A stretch of DNA of 64,000 bases from Octopus vulgaris. Lineage: Eukaryota. The DNA lies in contig OX597815.1 in NCBI GenBank assembly GCA_951406725.2, forward strand, positions 13,578,001-13,642,000, read 5' to 3'. Below, in pieces: positions 25,743-41,756 of this stretch (position 1 is the first letter of the stretch; every line of letters starts with the position of its first letter). The position numbers were made by a program, and so were the translations under genes. The notes beneath the pieces are model-generated. The model made no database searches. It saw nothing but the letters and a program-made list of their open reading frames with translations, and was not told the DNA's origin.

Positions 25743-25835
25743 TTTTAAATAATAAAGGAATACATTTGACTCAACTATTCAAACTTCGGTGTATCGCAGT
25801 CTTGTCTCTTGTTCAATGTTCCTTTTTTTTAATAC

Positions 25836-26203
25836 AACAATAATTAAAGCAAGGGCAGAGCGCAAATCTCCGCCAAGGCAACACCAACGTCCTCTCAACG
25901 ATTAGCCACAGGTGACTTTTAAAAAGAGAACATCTGAAATAAATTCGACTGCTCTCTCAAACGAGAATACACAAAATGAACCCACCGCTCTCAAAAATTA
26001 AGTAAAAACAAAAAAACAGGAAAAATATTCCAGAATTCTTCTCTGCTACTGGATTGATATCTAAATCTAATCAGTTTGTGCCAGTCATGAGGTCCAATAT
26101 CCGAATCCATCCAGCGGTTCTTGAGATGTGTCGTCCACGGACAAACAAAAACACAAACACAATTGAAAAGAATACCTGTGCCTTCGCTAAGGCGGAGGTA
26201 ATT
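25836..26203. mobile_element. Helentron-associated (HINE/DINE-like) non-autonomous element
   Basis: Subterminal inverted ctccgcc / ggcggag and terminal hairpin gccttcgctaaggc followed by ggaggtaat. Confidence 0.55.
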
Positions 26204-27741
26204 AAGATGCTGCGATCGACACTGTAACATTCACGATATAATGCCAGTGAAGATGCAACACATAACAGGTGAACAGATATTATCTTTGTATTTGATGGAC
26301 TCTTAATATTGTCTGCTCAGAAAACGACCGAGGCAAATTTCAATGCACAAATGGCTAAAGCATTCTAGTCAACCATCTTTTGTTTATAAAAAGCATATTA
26401 AGTCTTGAGACTAGGATGTGTTACGTTTGTAGTATATCATCAAAGTTTCAATCAAATCACTGAACTGGTCTAGTATGAATTTGTTAATTATATCCCGGTT
26501 TCGATCAATTAACCAGATATATGCACTAACAGTGCTATAGTCAAAAACTATTTAGACGTTGCCTTTAGCTTTCTAAGTCACGTAAGATTTAAATGAGACT
26601 TATTTGCTATTTCTCGAAGATAACCATAGGGCGGAAATGCTGAGTCGTTTGATACATACAGAAACCTTGAAATAGGCAACAGCTTGCACATGTCCAACAC
26701 TGAGTAACTGTGAAATTTGTAGATATTACTTCGATCCTTGTATCAAGCCGTTCTTAATATGGAAGGTATATGGAAAAAGGTGTTGCCTTAAATAAGTTAT
26801 GTTCAACATGCTTTCATAAAAGTTTCGAAAATAGTAGTTACGGAATGATATACCCCTTTATTTTTGATTATATATTTTGAAATCTATTTATTAAATGTCT
26901 TCAGAAAATATTATCTATATTTTATATAGCGTTACTAATATAGTATAAACTCTAGAATATTTTAAGTTGGTGCATGTATAACAATGCCTATTCAGAATAA
27001 TAAGCTCTGTTTCAATTAAGATGGTGTACGGATTTCAGACAGCTTTAAACGAATATAATTGATGATAATGTTGCCTGATTTAATTGGAACTTACCAAGAC
27101 ATTGACTGATTATCACTGAATGACCCAAGATGATGCATATCATGTTCCCATTTAAAGATGTACTACATGATCAATAATTTACCCCTGATGTATATCGAAC
27201 GATGTACAGATCCTAATGATTAGAAATTGTGTAATATGTTAATTGTGAAGTCTTCGTGATGTATAAGTTTTCTTACTCCTCGACGAAATGTAAGCCAAAG
27301 CTAACATATTTTTCTTAGTCTCCGTTATGAACTACATAAATTCATATAGGCTTATATCTATTTCTAGATACATATGCGTGTGAGTGTGTATGTTCATGTG
27401 TGTGTGTATATATGTAAGTACATATCCATAATTATATAATGCTATATATATAAATCATAAATGCAAAAACAAAACAATAAATTGAACAATTATAAATTCA
27501 AATAAATCTAATTATTTTATACGAACAAATGACACATCTCATAAATTACATGTCTCCACTCCATTAATAAAATGAATTTTTTCAAGAATAAGCATCCGTT
27601 TAAATATATAATGATGCTTCATCAGATTAACATACATTCTTACGTATTTGACGAAAAATAATTATAAGTTGTAAATCTTTACAAAGGCGCAACATGAACG
27701 AGGTTTAACATAATTAAATAAATAATCTAACAGAAATTTTT

Positions 27742-28180
<439 letters not shown>

Positions 28181-28399
28181 GTACAAAGAGAGGACGATAT
28201 ACTCTTATATAATTATGTATATATATGTAACCATATATATACATATCTACATTGTTACATATATACACATAAGTATATAAGAGAGATAGTTATATGTATA
28301 CGCATATGCATACATGCATTCGTACGTAGGTGTATACATGCATGCATATATGCACAGAATGTGACGAGAGATTCGGGAAAAATTGTCAGTAAATTGCTC

Positions 28400-29115
28400 T
28401 GTTGAAACCGTCTTAATGACAAGAAAAATACTAACACATGAATTGAAGAGAAAATGTAGTCATTTCTGCCATATGTACGAAAGAGTGATGTAGAAGTTTT
28501 CAACTTTGCCCGTCTTCCAAAATCCTTTATATAGAAAATGCGGATGAAACTAGAGACCTCTGAATGGAATGTTTCAAATGAATTAGAAAGAAAAATTATT
28601 CTACACATCCGGGCACTATACGAGTACAGCAATTCATCCGACGTTTTCAAAACATTATTGATGGTTATCTCGGAGGAGCGCGGACTTTCGATACAAGTCG
28701 AATATTCTGAATTGAGGCCAATTCATGTTTCCAGCGACACATTTGAAACCGAAAAAAGTTTCACGAATTTGGGACCATTTCGATATTCTCTGATGCGAAA
28801 ATCTTCCTACGTTAGGAATAATCAGATAGTTATATTCAGATACATCTGTTGCTCCCAGTGCGACACTGACTTAATTTGCAGCAATTGCAATGGTTATAGA
28901 AGAGGCGAGTAACGAAGGTCTTGGGATTAATGCTACTGGATACATGGAGGTGATGGAAATAGTTGTTACACATTGGATGAATGGATTAGGCAGCGGAAGA
29001 TCACGTGTTTGAACAAGATTCATAACCTTTTCATGAGGTTCACGTGCCCCGAGACTGAGTGTCAGACAATTTTTACGATTATGTAACACCAAATACCTAG
29101 AATGCAACCTCGCCA
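28400..29115 (+). pseudogene. Decayed Tc1/mariner (maT/DD37D-like) transposase
   Basis: Frameshifted remnants DFRYKS, RGQFM, IFSDAKIF, GLGINATGYMEVMEIVVTHW, FEQDS.PFH, SDNFYDYVTPN. Confidence 0.7.
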
Positions 29116-29255
29116 GCTTTATATCCTTTCTACTGCTACTTGTGAATAGTAACATTAAAAATTCTATTTCCCGGTTCCTAAACCCAATCGTCAGGCCCTT
29201 ATATCACTTTCTCATCGTTCAATACTATAAACTATATTTTTTTTTTAAACCATAA

Positions 29256-29299
<44 letters not shown>

Positions 29300-29304
<5 letters not shown>

Positions 29305-29586
29305 ATATAGGGTCAAATATAATTAATTTAATGAAATCAACAAATTTCACCTAGTAGTATTTCGGTATGAAAAAAGACCATATTCTATAAAAACTTATAA
29401 CTAGAAAGGAACTACCTAAATTCTTGCCTAACCTAAACCTATCTATAACATTCGAAAACGCTCACAAAACAGTTAACTTTCTTGACGCAACTTTAATTTC
29501 ATCAATCTTCCAATACTCCCCTTACCACACATCTAACTAATATCTTAAATACCTTAACATCCACTCCAAGCCCCACAAATCCACTT

Positions 29587-29590
<4 letters not shown>
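29300..29590 (+). mobile_element. Penelope-like RT fragment between (TA)n tracts
   Basis: LSITFENAHKTVNFLDATL..YSPYHTSN*YLKYLNIHSKPH resembles PLE ITIE..VNFLD.TL..PY.KP..Y..SNHP. Confidence 0.7.
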
Positions 29591-29628
<38 letters not shown>

Positions 29629-29629
29629 T

Positions 29630-29685
29630 TAGGGCGGTGCTCCAGCGTGGTGGCAATTAAATGACTGAAACAAGTAAAGGAATGA
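29630..29685 (+). mobile_element. SINE family B tail fragment
   Basis: ggcggtgctccagcgtgg..aaatgactgaaacaagtaa. Confidence 0.75.
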
Positions 29686-29974
29686 AATATGTTTGTGTGT
29701 GTGAGTGCGTATGCGTGTGTGTTTGTGTGTGTAGCATGTAGTGCTTTGCATTTTGATGTAGACACTAGTCAATCTATCTATATTTCTTGACAGAAATTAA
29801 GTTCGACAATACAACACAGTTTTATGAATAATCTTCAGAAGCTAAGAATTCCATTATCAGAACACTATTAAAATGCAAGTCAATTGTCCCTTAACTAAAA
29901 TGCAACCCCTATAACTACCTGGGCTTAATTGACATTGGAAACATTTTTATAATTACATTCCAATTTTTTTAGTC

Positions 29975-30190
29975 GCCGAAGTGGCGCAATTTTTACTGCG
30001 CCAGCAAACACCTTATCGGCATTTTGTCCGTCTTTACGTGATGAGTTCAACTTGCGCCGATATCGACTTTGCTTTTCATTGTTTCTCGATCAATTAAATA
30101 AGTACCAGTTAAGCACTGGGGTCGATATAATATATCTACACCTTCCACTAAAATACGGGCCTTGTGCCTACAGCAGAAAAGATTATTACA
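29975..30190 (+). mobile_element. Diverged SINE family A with alternative tail
   Basis: tcgactttgcttttcat..aagtaccagttaagcactggggtcgat..ccttgtgcctacagcagaaaagattatt. Confidence 0.75.
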
Positions 30191-31725
30191 TTTTTTCATC
30201 TTTTCTCATACTCAGCGTATGGCTATTATTGATTTTCTCTGATCCATGAATTAAATTCTTGATAGGCTCATATATAACAAATACCGAGATATTCTTGCGA
30301 AATGCACTCACTTCATCGCTGCAATTAATATTGTACTTAAACAAAGGAAATCATAAATCTATACATTTAAAAAAAATTACGATGCTTATATTGTGCAACG
30401 ATATATATGGGCGATTGTATTATAATGTTCCTGTATTATTCTAATAAAATATAATGTTACCTATGGCGTAAGTCAAATAATTAGGTAGCAGTAAGCCATC
30501 ATTCTTCACCGAGCAATTTAAAGCAGTTAATGAAACGGTAAGCAGTGTAATTGAATGATATATAAACTCTAATATACACGAATTATGATAATTTATTATA
30601 TACAGCTATCTTATTTTCCATCTACTTGCTGTTCTTTCTTAACACATTTAATTCTTCGATAGCCTTTTCCGCTTCGCTAAACTTTCTTATAATGTTCTAT
30701 AAGCAGAAAAGGAAAGAGACTATGGGATCATCTACATAGCATGAAATGACAGGTTCTAGTTAGTTAAATTGACTGAAAAAAAATCGTCTCTTTTCATTAT
30801 TCCTTTCAGGAAAGCAAAATCATTTATCTTTCATACAATATCATAATTCAACTTAATACCTTAGCACATTTTCAATATTGTCCTTTCCGCGACTTCCTAA
30901 CTCTATTTATACATATATTCACATATGCAGACATACGAGCATAGATTCATACATACATACATACATTTATAGATGGATTTACGTATTTGCTTGAGGCGTT
31001 GAAGCGCAAGGAAACGTGTGTGTATGAATGTATGTATGTATAAAGGTACAGAGACAAGAGAAAACAAGCAAGATAGAAGAGTGTGTTTATCTATTTGTGT
31101 GTGCATGCGTGCGCGTGGGGGGTATGCGCACGTATAAGTACCAATGAATATGTTGTGGGTGTGTCATGAATACATTTCCTAAACTTGTGCAACCTGGGCT
31201 TCCGAAGGCAGAATTCAAGAGATATATCAACTATTATAAATTTTCCGCTGTGATTACACAGAACTTTTTTTTACCTTTTTTTTATATATAAGCTATTAGA
31301 GCTGCAATATCGGTTGACTTCAAACTAAATACGTAGCTACAAATTATCAACTCTACGATGGAGTTTCGATTTGCTTCAACTCTTTTGCAATTTTTCTTGC
31401 AATTAACCTTGGATAACCGAAAGCTTACTATCTCACATTTAATCTTCTGAATTTAGGGTTGTTCTTTCCGATTAACCCTACAACATCTTTCATCCAAGAA
31501 ATCTATGGTGAAAGCTATTCCAGATCTTACCATCCTATTTGTTTCCAACACTTTCTAAGTTAATAACAATTACTGGAGTATGTTCGTGCTATTTCCAAGA
31601 TAGCACGATTACAGGTAAAATGTTTGCACAAAATCCAATAATTCTTTTCTACTCAAATTACAAATTTTGACAATGAATCCTTATAATATTCTACTTGTTT
31701 GTTCGTCCGCCATACTTTAGTTATT

Positions 31726-32125
31726 TGAGAGGTGGAGGTGCAGTGAGTGAGAAGTGGAGGTGCAGTGAGTGAGATGTGGAGATGCAGAGAGTAAGAGGCG
31801 TAATGAGCAAGGGGTATAATGAGTGAGAGGTGGAGCTGCAGTTAGTGAGGGTTAGAGGTGCAATGCGTGAGAAGAAGAGGTACAGTAATTGAAAGATGGA
31901 GGTGCAGTGAGTGAGAGGCGGAGGTACAGTGAGTGAGAGGCGGAGGTACAGTGAGTGAGATGTGGAGGTGCAGAGAGTAAACGGTGTAATGAGTGAGAGG
32001 TGGAGCTGCAGTGAGTGAGGGGTAGAGGTACAATGCGTGAGAAGGGAAGGTGCAGTAATTGAAAGATGGAGGTGCAGTGAGTGAGAGGCGGAGGTACAGT
32101 GAGTGAGAAATGCAGTGAATGAGAG
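31726..32125. repeat. 22-bp purine-rich minisatellite (gtgagtgagaggYggaggtRca) with higher-order repeat of about 175-185 bp
   Basis: 22-nt period at 31907-31950; block gatgtggag..cagagagtaa..tggagctgcag..caatgcgtgagaag occurs twice. Confidence 0.85.
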
Positions 32126-32399
32126 ATAGAGTAAAGTGAGAGTAGGAAAAATGAAAGAGGGAGAGGGGTAACAGTGTGAGTAGAGAAGAAATAAGCGAGG
32201 AAGAAGTGTGCGAAAGATGTATAATAAGGTGAAATGCATCACGTGGTCATTTGGATGGAGTGGCGAAGAGCTATAGGAGAGAAAAAGACGGTGAGAGAAA
32301 AATAGGAGAGAAAGTGTTAACAAGGTGCTGCAGGGTGGGCGGGGAAAGTAACATGGCAGGCAGCTACATTAAGACAGAGAGGGAGGGAGTGAGAGAGAG

Positions 32400-32975
<576 letters not shown>

Positions 32976-33106
32976 ATAGTGGGGAAAGAGGCGGAGAAAT
33001 TGTGTTTATATTGTCAGATATACGTCGATTGCAAGAAAAATTTATATATATATATATAAACAGTTGAAGAGAACTGAATGAAATGAGCTTCGTTATGAAA
33101 ACTATA

Positions 33107-35470
<2,364 letters not shown>

Positions 35471-35472
35471 TT

Positions 35473-35473
35473 A

Positions 35474-35544
<71 letters not shown>

Positions 35545-35725
35545 GTTATTGTTATTGTAAATTTTGTTGTTGTTATTGTTATTGTTATTGTTGTTGTTGT
35601 TATTGTTATTGTTATTGTTGTTGTTGTTGATATAATTATTATTATTAGTAGTAGTAGTAGTATTACTATTACTATTACTATTATTATTATTACTATTCCT
35701 ATTACTATTACTATTGATATTACTA

Positions 35726-35756
<31 letters not shown>

Positions 35757-35790
35757 TGTTGTTGTTGTTGTTATTATTATTGTTGTTGAA
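35473..35790. repeat. Compound (TTA)/(TTG)/(TAG)/(TAC) trinucleotide array
   Basis: Direct reading. Confidence 0.92.
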
Positions 35791-36394
35791 ATATTATTAT
35801 TTTTATATATAGTTTCTTTATAGTTTAGATATTATTATTTTTTTATAAAGGGATTTAACGTATTACATATAATTTAATTTTGAGAATTAGTTTTGTTAGA
35901 TAATACATTATTTAATAATTAGGCGGTATATTTGTCACGTAGTATTACATTAAAGTAAATTAGGTTTTGCCTTAATTGATATTTTGGTCAACTATATTAT
36001 TGAGTGAATTATTATATCTATAGATACTACATATATATATTAATAATATAGTTAGTTTATATAATGGGTGTGTGTATACTTGAACCATTTCCTATTTTTG
36101 ATTCCAGTATTTATAGCTTGTACTAGCATTGTGTATATAAATTAACATTATGGATTTTAGCATAAATTGCTTAATGGGTATTAGACTTTATTTGGATGTT
36201 TATTAAATAACTATATTAATTAATAATTTGATTTACTGTATATAGTTTAAGGTGCTGTATTTAGTTTCCACTTAATGTATATTTTGTATCTTATATAATA
36301 TATATATATATATATCTGTTAAGAATATATTTGTATTTTACAAGGTTATTTACGTATATTTATTAATTTATTATCTTATTATTGTAGTCATCTT

Positions 36395-36502
36395 TAACCT
36401 GATGAATGGCTATATTTATAGTGAAGTGATTTTTTTACTACTACTTCTAATATTTTTTACTATAATCATTTCTTAAATATACCAACGAAACACGTGTCGT
36501 TA
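36395..36502 (+). ncRNA. Type I hammerhead ribozyme with extended stem II (PLE-type 3' end)
   Basis: taac-CTGATGA-[tggctatattta..taaatatacca]-GAAAC-acgt-GTC-gtta: stem I taac/gtta, palindromic acacgtgt stem III, GUC site. Confidence 0.82.
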
Positions 36503-36663
36503 TTCTACCGCATATATACGTTTTATTCATTATTTTGAACATCAATTAATCATCATTATATATTTTATCTCATATTTAATCTTTCTATAATATGTAATTA
36601 TCTAGATGGTGTAATTTAATTTTTCATTATTGAATTGATAAACGCTGTTTTTTTTTATTTTTA

Positions 36664-36730
<67 letters not shown>

Positions 36731-36855
36731 TATATTATATTATATATTTTGTGAAATTCGATTTCTAAATTGAATTTATTGAAAATCGATTTCTAAACTG
36801 AATTTTTGTAAGTTTGGAATAATATTCCCTCATACATATATATATATATATATAT

Positions 36856-36935
<80 letters not shown>

Positions 36936-37879
36936 GCGTGTGTGTGTGCACGAACATGTATGTATGTATGCATGTAAGTATGCATATTGAAGTTTGTATA
37001 TTGAATTTTCCAATTTAGCGTAAATATTTTGATAAATACATCTAGAAGTTTTGTGTTTTTCTTTAGTTTTCTGTATTTATTTATTGTAATGATGTTTTAG
37101 TGAGAATACTAGTGAGATGAATCTTCAAATATTAATTATATATGTCTAGTCTTTAGTCGTGATATTGATTAGATTTGTCATTTTTTCGTATAAATACACT
37201 TACATAAATAACTTTCATGTTTATTTGAATCGGAAATATTTTTGCTATTAATTATTTATATCTTTGCAATTAAATTTTCATCCTTAATAAATTGGAACTG
37301 AAACATTTTTCAATTTTCACTGAGTGAAACCTCTAACATTTTAAAAAATCAAGCAATTTACATTTCTACACATCAAATACAAACGAAATCAATATGCATA
37401 AGACAAATCCGTTAACGCTATCATTCAGTTGCGACTTGAGAATTAAATGTCTAATATTTAATTCCAATTTTGTTTCAGTTTAAGAAATCACCGAATCAGG
37501 ATTTTTATTGTTCGAAATATATCAGAACAAAAGTCATTTCAACAAAGACGTGATAACAGACCTAGAGAGAATTAGATAAATCTTACATTTAATCCAATAA
37601 TTTTACACACGTGCCTATACACACATATATACCTAGGTGTGTATGAGCGCGTTTATAGAATATGTAAATATTTGTATATGTGCGTGTATGTTTGTCTGTG
37701 TGTGTATGTTCGTGTGTGATTATCTATGTATCAATATCTATATGTATCTACATACATAATACATACATACATACATACACTCATACATGCATTCATACAT
37801 ACATACATATATACATGCATACATACATACATACATACATACATACATACATACATACATACATACATACATACATACA

Positions 37880-38520
37880 GGAGACTTTCTAGAATTTACC
37901 AGGCATTTTCTGATGAAACATTTATTAAATTCAAAGATGTACACAACCTAATCTCAGTCAAAGTAGTATCCTCTGATTCCAATGTAATTGTTTTAACATT
38001 CCAGTCATTTCGTTAAGGACACTTGTGAGTCCTTCAGAGGGAAGGTGAGCTAGACATTTGTCACAGCATCCTTAATTTTCTTTTTCAGCATGGGGAGCAA
38101 CCAGCTGTTTGAGGAAGTGTAAGGAGGGTGATGGACTCTTTTGATTCCCATTTCTCTCATGGTCTAGCTCTCGTGATGGAATTGCACACTGGTGCATTAT
38201 CTCGGTGTAGATATTCTGGTCTTTCATGACGAAACCTTTACTTGAACTCCCTAAAAAGCTTTACTCAGTACATTGTTAACCGTCTGGCAAGAATAAACCT
38301 AATGGATATAGATGCTGCCGTTATTGCCGAAAAACTTTATCATCTTGAGGTTCCCGGTGAACTTGCTTTGCATGGAATATTGTTCCAGCAGAAACAGATG
38401 CTCAGCCCTTACACGTTAACCCCTCAGCAGTCTGGAGCATTTCATAAATCTTCTCTAGTGTTTTTGCCGTTTATCATAAAATGAATTCGATAGTTAGCTT
38501 CCAAAGGGTCTTATCGTATT
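37880..38520 (-). pseudogene. Heavily decayed mariner-like transposase 3' part
   Basis: Minus-strand remnants DNAPVCNS (DNAPxH) and GYYFD (GDYFE-like C-terminus). Confidence 0.6.
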
Positions 38521-38590
38521 GAGTGCAATCTACAAACTAATCAGCTGTGACAAGCAGGGTTTAGTAGGGTATGTTGAAAGGGTGTATAGT

Positions 38591-38820
38591 GGAAGCGTAT
38601 GGCTTATTGGTCAATGTATTAGTCTCGTTACCGTAAGTTTGTGGTTCAATTCCAGGACTGGGCACTGAATTTTCTATTTGAGCAAAATACTTCATTTTGC
38701 GTTGCTCCAGTGCATTCAGATGGCAAAAAGGAGACATTTTGCGACTAAGGAGTGTCCCATCTTGGGGTGAATGTGTATGCCAGAAAACAGCAGGAAAATG
38801 GCCTTCTTCCACAAATTGTG
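38591..38820 (+). mobile_element. Diverged SINE family C
   Basis: tggcttattgg..ggttcaattcc..ttgagcaaaatacttcattttgcgttgctccagt. Confidence 0.65.
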
Positions 38821-40380
38821 TAACTATGGCATCGCTGGATATCTAGGAGTGTGGCTGGTTGTATGAGGTTTTAAAACGCAGAGGTGAGACAGTTGCAACA
38901 GATGGTGCTCTCTCAAAGGAGACATCAAGTCTCAGCGGAGTCCCTCCATGAACTGTATTGGAACCATTACTGGTTGTTGTGGCCCTCTCGGTCCTGTCCT
39001 CAGTCACTTTCACCAGCTATGCTGACAATACAAAAGTATTGCAAGCGCTAAGTGATCCTAATGATAATTAGGCTGCAGAAAAAATCTGGATGCAATATAC
39101 AAGTAAGCTATACAGGAGTGGATGTGTGGTAAGTAGCTTGCTTACCAACCACACGGTTCCGGGTTCAGTCCCACTGCGTGGCATCTTGGGCAAGTGTCTT
39201 CTGCTATAGCCTCGGGCCGACCAATGCCTTGTGAGTGGAATTGGTAGACGGAAACTGAAAGAAGCCTGTCGTATATATGTATATATATATATGTATGTAT
39301 GTATGTGTGTGTATTTGTTTGTGTGTCAGTGTTTGTCCCCCCACCATCGCTTGACAACCGATGCTGGTGTGTTTACGTCCCCGTCACTTAGCGGTTCGGC
39401 AAAAAGAGACCGATAGAATAAGTACTGGGCTTACAAAGAATAAGTCCCGGGGTCGATTTGCTCGACTAAAGGTGGTGCTCCAGCATGGCCGCAGTCAAAT
39501 GACTGAAACAAGTAAAAGAGTAAAAGAGTGAAAGAGAGTAATGAAAATGACATGCTGCTCGATGATGAGAAATGTGAAGCACTATACTATTGGCTCACAA
39601 AAGACTACAGTCGGAATACAGAGGAACATGTTATAGTGCAATCCTTGAATCAAAGTCAGTACGTGAGTCACGCTTCTATTTCAGTAGTAATAATAATGCA
39701 TATTAGCAAAATGGCAACGCTGTGTAGTGACTGATATGATGAATTCCAAAATCACTCTGAACCAGAGATAATAAGGTCATGCTGCTGCTTTGTATAACGC
39801 TATTTCTCCGTTGATCTGCGCCAAACAGCAGAACTCGAGGTGATCCAACACCACTACACTAATACGATTGGCTCAGAGCAACAGATGAGTTGCTGGGAGA
39901 CACGAAATGAACTGAGGCGCTATACCCAAGAGAGAAGATGCGAAATATATGGAGCGGTATGCGTATGAAAGGTCCTGGATGATCAAGCTCTCAACTTCGA
40001 AACTGGAAGCTATAACAACCAACGAATAACATTGTACTGCATAGTAACAATGATCCCGTCATCTCTATCTCCATCGAGAATAAGGACCCGGTAGTGTAAC
40101 AGCTTGGATTTCAATGTTCCGCACAGTTATTCGACATTTTGTCAAAGAACCTCAGAGATATGCATGTAGATGTCGTGGAGGCTTTCAAAGAAAGTTTGGA
40201 CACATTTTTGTCTGGCTACGCGATGAACCCACATCGAAGTAGGGGACACAAAGAATAGCACCTCCGTTCAAAATGCCACTTAACCAGAAATAATACGGGA
40301 AACAAAACCAATCATATGAAAAGACAGTGCCCCAGCATGGATGCAAACTCTTGTTGAAACCAGTAAAACAACAGATAAAC
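38820..40380 (+). mobile_element. Decayed CR1/L2-group LINE (RT to 3' end), interrupted by a SINE
   Basis: SGVPP*TVLEPLL (SGVPQGxVLGPLL), SYADNTK (YADD), NDMLLDDEKCEAL; 3' end gtgccccagcatgg..tgaaaccagtaaaa. Confidence 0.75.
39113..39529 (+). mobile_element. Young SINE family B nested in the LINE
   Basis: ggagtggatgtgtggtaag, gggttcagtccc, cttgggcaagtgtctt, tail (gtaaaaga)n. Confidence 0.93.
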
Positions 40381-40545
40381 TATGAGAGGGCCTATTAAGA
40401 TTTCTTAAAACTTGAGGAAAATAGTTGAACAACGATAGAATATTATTATAAATAGATTCTCGATTTTGTTCCAGTCGTAAATTGTTTACTTCTTAAGTGA
40501 AAAATAGTAGATAACAACGCTCAAAATAGAAAACGCGAAAGAGAT

Positions 40546-40580
<35 letters not shown>

Positions 40581-41540
40581 CCACGAATATAGTTCTTAGA
40601 GATGTTATCTCCGAAGTCTGCACATTACAAGAAAAAGATCTGTACGTTTAATTTTTAATCCAAGAAATTCTATAATAAACTAAATATTACAAATATTACA
40701 AACAAAAGAAAAACTATAAGATATGTATTCCTTTAACGGAAACCTTTTTTGCTAAGTTTAGATGTAGAAATGTTTTCATAGCAATTTCCCTGTTTCTTTT
40801 ACAAAATCATTTTAAATTGATAATAATGCCAGGAAATTCGATATATTCAGAAAATAACATAAGAATTGTATATCCGTATTGACAAAAATATTCAAATCAT
40901 TTTGATATTTTTGTTATATTAATGAAATGATTTGTTAATTGTATACTATGTTTCAACTGTTCATCTAAGCTTCTATATACTCTTCAATATTAAGTTTCAA
41001 GATTCTCCAAATTAGAAATTGTTTTATTTTTAATCTGATTATAAATATGCAACGTAAAATTGGCCTGGTTTAGATGCTATTCTAAGGATTGATCATGTGT
41101 AAAGGACATTTCAAAAATAATATTTGATATAATATCAAAGATTACCTGTGTGCAATTACGGAGATTCTTTCATTAACCTTAGTAAATATATCTCTTCAAT
41201 CAAAGCAGCCTCCTTTTTCGCCTCCGCCCAGCATCTAAATAATATTGCCTTTGATTCAAGTATGTTCACGGCAACATTAAACTGCTAGTTGATGATACTT
41301 ATATCTATACAATTTCCAAGTCACATGCTTCACTTGGAGAAATTTAACAGATAACGCAAGGTTCGTCTTTCTGTTGTTCCACCAGTTCACAATTTGTATT
41401 GGTACATTTTTCTCTGCCCATAAAAGAATGAAAACCAAAGCTGACGTTCGAGGTAGATAAGCATAGCACGTAAAGTGTTAGATGAAATACCTACGGCGTG
41501 GCATTATTCAATGCTAATTCTCAGTCCATACCTATGTTCT

Positions 41541-41756
41541 TATTTCTTTACTGCCCACAAGGGGCTAAACACAGAGGGGACAAACAAGGACGGACAAACG
41601 GATTAAGTCGACTATATCGACCCCAGTGCGTAACTGGTACTTATTTACTCGACTCCGAAAGGATGAAAGGCAAAGTCGACCTCGGCGGAATTTGAACTCA
41701 GAACGTAGCGACAGAGAAAACACCGCTAGGCATTCCACCCAGCGTGCTCGCCGCCT
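41541..41756 (-). mobile_element. SINE family A with TSD of about 16 bp
   Basis: tccatacctatgttct at 41525-41540 and 41770-41785. Confidence 0.92.

Noticed and set aside
28538-28912. 124-aa ORF with CxxC..CxxC as a zinc-finger gene
   Set aside because: It overlaps frameshifted transposase remnants; the cysteines are probably incidental.
31721-32323. 200-aa ORF, or a CRISPR-like array
   Set aside because: It is a spacerless 22-bp minisatellite in a eukaryotic context with no cas genes.
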